DNA of 64,000 nt from Eledone cirrhosa. Lineage: Eukaryota. The stretch lies in the NCBI GenBank assembly GCA_964016885.1, contig OZ024748.1, positions 1,426,001 through 1,490,000 of the forward strand, written 5' to 3'. Positions 56,617 through 64,000 of this stretch are shown here, piece by piece (the first letter of the stretch is position 1; each line of letters starts with the position of its first letter). A program made the position numbers and the translations under genes. The notes beneath the pieces are model-generated. The model saw nothing but the letters and a program-made list of their open reading frames with translations. It was not told where the DNA came from and searched no databases.

Positions 56617-57039
56617 CTAAAGAAAAATAATAAATACACCCAAAGTAAAAAGTCTGCTGTCAGAATTTGTATCCATATCATTTTTTTTTTTCCTCAAAAT
56701 TCTAATGAAAAAGAAATTTTCCACATAAGTTTGGCACCTGGAAAGGAAAGGGAATGTTTCCATGCCCTTCCTTAATGCTTTAAACTCGCTGTTTAAAGTG
56801 CCCAAGACACACATCTACGATTCCACCAGGAGTTATGGGTGCATACATATACATGTATATAAGTGTACTGTATGACTGATAAATACTTTATCTTACAATG
56901 TCAAGTTCAATTCTTAAAAGAGGTAAACACTCCTACAAAGGGACTGTTAGATTTACTGTCAACCTACTTTGACATTTTCTCTTATCCTCTATAGTGTTTT
57001 GTTTGATATAATAGAAGGTATTTAGAATGAGGCGACTAC

Positions 57040-57590
57040 ACCAGGATGAACTATAGATGATATATAGACCAGGAAGTACTATAGTCATGATATAGATGAG
57101 GTGTACAACTAGGAAGTGCTATAGATGAGGTGTACAACTAGGAAGTGCTATAGATGAGGTGTACAACTAGGAAGTGATATAGATGAGGTGTACAACTAGG
57201 AAGTGATATAGATGAGGTGTACAACTAGGAAGTGCTATAGATGAGGTGTACAACCAGGAAGTGCTATAGATGAGGTGTACAGACCAGGAAGTGATATAGA
57301 TGAGGTGTACAACCAGGAAGTGATATAGATGAGGTGTACAACTAGGAAGTGATATAGATGAGGTGTACAGACCAGGAGGTGCTATAGATGAGATATACTG
57401 ACCAGAAGGTGCTATAGATGAGATATACTGACCAGGAGGTGCTATAGATGAGATATACTGACCAGGAGGTGCTATAGATGAGATATACTGATCAGAAGGT
57501 GCTATAGATAAGATATACTGACCAGGAGGTGCTATAGATGAGATATACTGACCAGGAGGTGCTATAGATGAGGTGTACAGAACAGGAGGT
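57040..57590. repeat. 29-30-nt minisatellite with two subtypes
   Basis: AGGAAGTGCTATAGATGAGGTGTACAACT grading into AGGAGGTGCTATAGATGAGATATACTGACC. Confidence 0.9.
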
Positions 57591-57895
57591 AGTGAATCAA
57601 TGAAATTAAAGAATCCCTAATTTTAAAAAATCACTGAATATATATAAATGATATATTATTGTGGTTGATTTTCTTTTTGTTTATATTTTACATTCATTAT
57701 CCTATGTTTACATGGATGGAATGGTGTACTTGTAGGGGTTTGGACAAGAGAATTGGGGGACCCACTGGTTCAAAATATAAAAAAGTTTTTAACAACTCCT
57801 CAGAGAATGGTGAATGTAAATATAATTTAATAGGGTTGGGATAACAACAACAAAACAACAAAAGGATCAACATTATAAAAACAAATACAACATAC

Positions 57896-58017
57896 CTTTC
57901 TTTGAACAACACCGAATCCAACACGGCAACGAGTACAACACTCACCATCTTTCCATTCTGGTGCCTTCTCTGCTACAAACATGGCATCAGCCTCTTTTAA
58001 TGCAGGAAATGTATAGC
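57896..58017 (-). CDS. HGS: HGS exon (VHS-FYVE linker, FYVE start)
   Basis: 122 nt, YTFPALKEADAMFVAEKAPEWKDGECCTRCRVGFGVVQRK; WxxD motif of FYVE. Confidence 0.95.
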
Positions 58018-58670
58018 CTATATGGTGAGAAATAAAAGTTTGGTGTGTAACTACTGAAGTTGCTATATTCCTAAATAATTTTGAAAATAATCAAGAATTT
58101 GAGGGATTTAGTAATATACTTTTCTGATTATTAAACTGATGTCTGGAACATAACATAACCCTTTAGTATTTACATTACTCTATATATACTGTTATTTATT
58201 TTGAGAACAATACCTTAACATCAGTATGAGTGGCCAGTTTCAACAGAAAGAAGTGAGAGAATTTTGGCCCGATATGGCCAGTTTAAATGCTAAAGAGTTA
58301 AAGATTCTTACATAAAATTATGAAGGAAGGTTTTTAGATGTAAATATTTTAAAACAAACATCTTAGTATCATCGAAAAGGAGTGGTTTCGGGTGATTTGG
58401 TATCAAAATTTAAACACATTCTAAACATTGAACTAGCGATGGGAGAGTAGATACAGAGTAATAGAGGAGAAAGTAGACTGGAGCAATATGAAATGAAATG
58501 CCTTGCTCAAGGACACAATGCACAACCCAGTCCAAGAATGAAACATTACTTTATGATTGAGATACTAACACCCTAACCACCTTCATATTAGTGGCATCCA
58601 TTTCTGTTATTAAACTGAGACTAACATAAGTTATAATGAAGATAAAGAAAAAGTTAAAGTGATTGTTTAC

Positions 58671-58791
58671 CCTCCATCTTCATTAAATGGAATGTATCTT
58701 GTACTGCTTTGTAGCTAGGTTCATTGCGGAAGGCATGTGACCATACTTGAATTAGTTCCAATATCTTCTCTTTGACGGGAGGTGGCCTTGT
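58671..58791 (-). CDS. HGS: HGS exon (VHS C-terminus)
   Basis: 121 nt, TRPPPVKEKILELIQVWSHAFRNEPSYKAVQDTFHLMKMEG. Confidence 0.95.
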
Positions 58792-59351
58792 CTGCAAGGA
58801 AAGAAAGGAAAGGAGAAGAGAGAACAATGAAATAATTTCTTGGATGTAACAAAGGTTAACTACCAGTCCTGGGGGGGAGAGGTGATATAATAAAGTACCA
58901 GTCTAGAGGGGGTGTCAATAAAATAAAGTACCAATCCGAGAAGAGGGGGAGACAGTACATAAAATGCCAGTCCAGAGTGGTAGATTGACAGAATTGTTAA
59001 AAACTTTGGATGAAAAGCCTTGCAGCATTTCCTCCAGTACTCTGTACTTTGAGTTTTAAATCCTGTTGCAGTCTACTTGAGTGATAGACTTAATTCACTG
59101 CCCAATTTGACACCACCACCTGGCTCTTGGGTACATTTAGTAGAGTTTCACTGACTTGCAAACAATCAGTTCGGAACCCAGTTTTACTGGTTTGAGGATA
59201 CCTTCCTCACATCAGCCTCGGAGACCCTGAAAAGGGTCATGAGCATTGCTCTTTCTTCACTGACTAAACTGTCAATCAGCTGCTAACCGTCTTCTCTAGA
59301 AGTTTACAGCCTACTGCTGGCAGCTTTGCATAAAAAGTGAATAAGAAATAA

Positions 59352-59543
59352 TAATTATTTCTACTTTTGGCACAAGGCCAGCAATTATCCCAGTGCATTA
59401 CTGGTACTTTATTTTATCGACCCCGTAAGGATGAAAGGCAAAATTAACCTCGGCGGGATTTGAACTCAGATCATAAAAGGCCGTAACTCTATGCTGCAAA
59501 GCATGGCGTCCGACCCTCTACCGATACTGCCAATCCACCGCCC
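59352..59543 (-). mobile_element. SINE family B full copy
   Basis: Near-identical to 19957-20146. Confidence 0.85.
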
Positions 59544-59592
59544 TAAGAAATAAGAAATAATAATAATAAGAGAAAGGGATGAAAAATGACAC

Positions 59593-59685
59593 CTTGACTT
59601 GTTCCTTCAGAAACTCCATGAACTCTTTTGAAGCAACTTCTTGGTGAATCAATGAGGAGCAATTCTTTACACAGGACTCCAGTGT
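59593..59685 (-). CDS. HGS: HGS exon (VHS)
   Basis: 93 nt, TLESCVKNCSSLIHQEVASKEFMEFLKEQVK (VHS ES-VKNC motif). Confidence 0.95.
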
Positions 59686-59916
59686 CTGCAATGGAAAACA
59701 ACGCAACTATTTTATTCTGCATCAGAGAAAAAGTTTACATATGGAATTAAATTCAATTGACACACTTAACTGCCACATCATATATATATCATTAAAGTGG
59801 TTGTGTACGTGTCATGACAAAAAGCACCCAATCCACACTGTAAAGGGGTTGTGTAGGTGCCATGATAATAAGTGCCCAGTCCAGACTATAATAATGAAAA
59901 ATTATCAACAAATTAC

Positions 59917-59992
59917 CTGGAGTGCAAACATTGCAACATGAGGATTATCAACAGCTAATTTCTTCTTGATTGCAGCCAGGGCATATTTCGGT
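59917..59992 (-). CDS. HGS: HGS exon (VHS)
   Basis: 76 nt AG/GT exon, PKYALAAIKKKLAVDNPHVAMFALQ; phase compatible with neighbours. Confidence 0.95.
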
Positions 59993-60516
59993 CTGGAAAT
60001 TAAAACAAAGAAACAGAATTATGTTTGCAGAGTTCAATTTACAGAGAACTACATTATCAAAATAAAACCTTAGCTGGCTGGATCCCCAATGAATCTAGCA
60101 GTTAAAACTACTTATTTGTTGAACCCAGCTATTCTTAGCCTTGTTTATATAATATCTATGGTCCAACTTAACTTGAACAATTTCACTTCTTTCTCTCCCT
60201 ATCATACACCAAAGTTTTCTCCTGATCAAAATTGATGTAGCTCGACAATTTACACTATATACATGTTCAATACCTTTGATGAAGAAGAGAGAAATCTCTC
60301 TTCTTCGCCCACTTATTACTGAGAGGGTCATAGGAACAACCTTCTCCAGTTGATCTGGCTGGATCCCCAAGTGGAATCAGATGAGCTCATGGATGTTATC
60401 CAACTATTTTGCTCGGGGATCTACCTCTGGATCTCTTTCTTGAGTCATTCTAACCACATGTCTGTAATATCAGAACTGTGATCTCTCAATTTGGAGAAGA
60501 AGCGGCTCTACCTGGT

Positions 60517-61161
60517 GCTACACACTATTGAATAACTCCAAGCTACACACTATTGAATAACTCCAAGCTACACACTATTGAATAACTCCAAGCTACACAC
60601 TATTGAATAACTCCAAGCTACACACTATTGAATAACTCCAAGCTACACACTATTGAATAACTCCAAGCTACACACTATTGAATAACTCCAAGCTACACAC
60701 TATTGAATAACTCCAAGCTACACACTATTGAATAACTTCAAGCTACACACTATTGAATAACTCCAAGCTACACACTATTGAATAACTCCAAGCTACACAC
60801 TATTGAATAACTCCAAGCTACACACTATTGAATAACTCCAAGCTACACACTATTGAATAACTCCAAGCTACACACTATTGAATAACTCCAAGCTACACAC
60901 TATTGAATAACTCCAAGCTACACACTATTGAATAACTCCAAGCTACACACTATTGAATAACTCCAAGCTACACACTATTGAATAACTCCAAGCTACACAC
61001 TATTGAATAACTCCAAGCTACACACTAGTGAATAACTCCAAGCTACACACTAGTGAATAACTCCAAGCTACACACTATTGAATAACTCCAAGCTACACAC
61101 TATTGAATAACTTCAAGCTACACACTATTGAATAACTCCAAGCTACACACTATTGAATAAC
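60517..61161. repeat. 25-nt minisatellite, about 26 copies
   Basis: Unit GCTACACACTATTGAATAACTCCAA, head-to-tail without spacers. Confidence 0.95.
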
Positions 61162-61834
61162 ATTACTCCAAAGACCTTTTGGAGGAACCCTGTTTTGGCT
61201 GCTTCTATTCGCGATCATATTCTTTCAATTATTACCAAAGATTCCTGACTATAGATAAGGGCTCGCACAAATACCAAATTGAAGATAACGAGTTTAGTTT
61301 TTACACCTACTTCCCTTCCTCTGATGAATGCTGAAGCTGGCACATTACTATAAAGTGGTTGGCATCCAACGATAGAAACCATGTTAAAATATGGAGTGTA
61401 TGAGCAAGAGGTGGTTCTCAGTGGCCCCCAGAAAGGTTCAGGTCATGGACACTGCTCTTTCTCCTCGAAGTCATGTTAAAATAAATTGTTTAACCTTTTC
61501 ATGACTGCATTTCTAATGAAAGATACTCTCATCATCATCATCATCATCATCATCGTTTAACGTCCATCTTCCACGCTAGCATGAATTAATTAATTAATAA
61601 TTTTGAGAGATTTACTAAAATTATTAATTATTTCATGACTAAGTAACTTAATGTAAGGTTCTTATATAAAATATTGGAAGATTTTAATTTAAATTGGAAA
61701 CCTTTGAAATGGCTGGTTTTATTTCATAGAACCAGAGCCGGTTTTGGCCAGGTTGGTAACTAAAGGGTTAGATATAAAAGAAAAACAGTTATTAGAGAAA
61801 CAAAATTAAAAAAAATAGGAGGTGGAATACTTAC

Positions 61835-61919
61835 TGTACATCTCCCTGTCTGATGCAGTCACAGATACCTAAAATGGAGTCCCAGTCTGGTTCTAGTAGT
61901 AGCTGGCTTGTTGCTTTCT
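61835..61919 (-). CDS. HGS: HGS/Hrs first visible coding exon (VHS N-terminus); ATG exon not in window
   Basis: 85 nt, ttacag|AG...GTACA|gtaagt; translates KATSQLLLEPDWDSILGICDCIRQGDVQ, matching the HGS VHS start (KATSQLLLETDW). Confidence 0.95.
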
Positions 61920-63439
61920 CTGTAATACAAGGAAATAAATAATGAGAGAGAGAGAGCTATAGAAGAAGAATCAACCCAGTACTAGACTTGTACTTTATTG
62001 AGCACAAAAGGATGAAAGGCAAAGCTGATCTCTGTAGGATTTGAACTCAGAGTGTGGTGAGCCAGAATAGATACTGCAAAGAATTCTATCCCACATTCTC
62101 ACAACTCCGGCAATTCCTTGTTACATTACTTTATTTTATTTGTCATCCTTTGCCCTTTATATATTTCTACCACATGAGCAAGGTACAGGGCGGCCAATCT
62201 GTCCAGACTTGTCTCATAACGGGGACAACCCATCTAACCCATGCAAGCCTGGAAAATGGACGTTAAACAGTGATGATGATGTACCAGCTTTCTGAAACTT
62301 AGTCATATCTGATCAGCTTCTTTTTAACATTATTTTAACTACTTTATTCACATTAATAATAGTTAATTATGGAAAATTGATAGTATCTTGTTTTCTGTCC
62401 ACTAACACAGTAGAAAAAGTTGAAATCTAAGAAATGTTCCTATCTGTCAGGATGTTTGACATAAATCCACAAATCAGCAATGCTCGGACACTAGATAAAT
62501 GAATGCAGGATGGTTGTGTCACCCTGCACACATCTTGGACAGGACCAGTTGCCAGCACTTCCATGCTTGTAGAGTTTATTTCAAGCTGACAATGCTCTCC
62601 AGTAGCATTGCCAGGCCAGAGATTTCTGGAAGTTATCCATGGACTTCAAGAAAAGCCTGGCTATTAGATTTTCTTTGACACCCAGAGTCTCCCCAAGAAT
62701 GTCACCCCTTTTACCTGCCACTAACCCTCTATAGAACACCAAAGTAGAGTTCCGAACAATTGGCAGAGGGCCATGAGCGTTTCCACACACTCCCTCTCAG
62801 TCTTTACTTGACCCAGAACTGCAGCTCTCTCAAGGAAAGGTAGGGAAACATATCTAACAAATGGCGACCACAGGAAAAACTGGAGCTGATGTAGTCAATA
62901 ATAATAATAGTTTGATTTAGGCACAAGGCCAAACATTTTGGAGGAGGGGAAAATTGATTAAATCGAGCCCCATGCATTACTGGTACTTTATTTTATGAAG
63001 GATGAACGGCAAAGCTAACTTCAGCAGGATTTGAACTCAGAATGTAAAGGGTTCTAACTATGCCAAAAAGCATGTTGTCCGACAATAATAATAATTGTTA
63101 TTGTTGCATTAGGGACTTAACAGAAAGATTCCTGAAAGACATAGGTAACAAATAACAACAAACGCTGACCCAAACACTGCTTTACTGGGTACAGTTAGAC
63201 TCCTCAGAGACATCCTTGAGCACTAAGGAAACTCATTGTGACCCAACCTTAAGGACAAAAAATTCCAATTTATTTGTGCAAAACATTCATAATAATAATG
63301 ACAGCAGTGCTATATTTAGTTATCGCTTGTGGTGAGTAGTTTTAATGAGAGAGAGGTTAAGGTGATTACCAGGTTAAATAGCAGTAACACACAGAATTGA
63401 TTGACACTGATAGAAAAGCCTTCATCCGAAAATACCTGA

Positions 63440-63525
63440 TGTGTGTGTGTCTACTTGTGTCTGTGTGTGTGTACCTGTGTGATTGAGATATTTACCTTCA
63501 TTTGAAAATACCTGATGTATGTGCG

Positions 63526-63570
<45 letters not shown>

Positions 63571-64000
63571 CTGTGAGTACCTGTGTGTGTACTTCTGTGA
63601 CTGTCTGCCTGCATGTGAGTGTGTGCATATGTACCACTGTGTGATCTGTGAATATGTACCACTGTGTGTGTGTGTGTACCTCAGTGTGTGTGTGTACCTC
63701 AGTGTGTCTCTCAGTGTGTCTGTGTGTGTGTACCTCAGTGTGTGTGTGTGTGTGTGTGTACCTCAGTGTGTGTGTGTGTGTATCTCAGTGTGTGTGTGTG
63801 TGTGTACCTCAGTGTGTCTGTGTGTGTGTGTGTACCTCAGTGTGTGTATGTGTGTGTGTGTGTACCTCTGTGTGGTCTGTGTGTGTGTACCTCTGTGTGG
63901 TCTGTGTGTGTGTGTACCTCTGTGTGATGTGTGTGTGTACCTCAGTGTGATCTGTGTGTGTGTGTACCTCAGTGTGATCTGTGTGTGTGTGTACCTCTGT
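63440..64000. repeat. (TG)n-TACCTCAG compound repeat
   Basis: Direct reading. Confidence 0.85.

Noticed and set aside
60517-61161. CRISPR-like array
   Set aside because: Head-to-tail repeats without unique spacers, eukaryotic context, no cas genes
61920-64000. HGS start-codon exon
   Set aside because: No segment resembling the HGS N-terminus with a phase-1 donor was found; probably outside the window

Overview
Eukaryotic, AT-rich, microsatellite-dense genomic DNA. The SINE, RTE LINE and MITE content suggests a cephalopod such as octopus, but that is inference. The main gene is HGS/Hrs (ESCRT-0 subunit) on the minus strand. I reconstructed 15 GT-AG coding exons between 61919 and 26445 with consistent phases, encoding VHS, FYVE, UIM, PSAP, GAT/coiled-coil, a P/Q-rich tail and the C-terminal clathrin box ELISFD*. 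The ATG exon is not visible and probably lies beyond 64000. The rest is repeats: two tRNA-derived SINE families, RTE and CR1 LINE fragments, TTAA-flanked MITEs, hAT and Tc1/mariner MITEs, and mini/microsatellites. Best second-look items: (1) several minimal type-I hammerhead ribozyme motifs of the Penelope-like-element style, including a mirrored pair inside a 339-bp palindrome in an HGS intron; (2) a candidate 24-nt HGS microexon; (3) a PHD finger embedded inside an RTE reverse transcriptase; (4) inverted SINE pairs around HGS exons; (5) a CpG-rich stretch inside the largest HGS intron; (6) candidate exons of a second minus-strand gene at the left end. Coordinates were counted by hand, and repeat boundaries are approximate.
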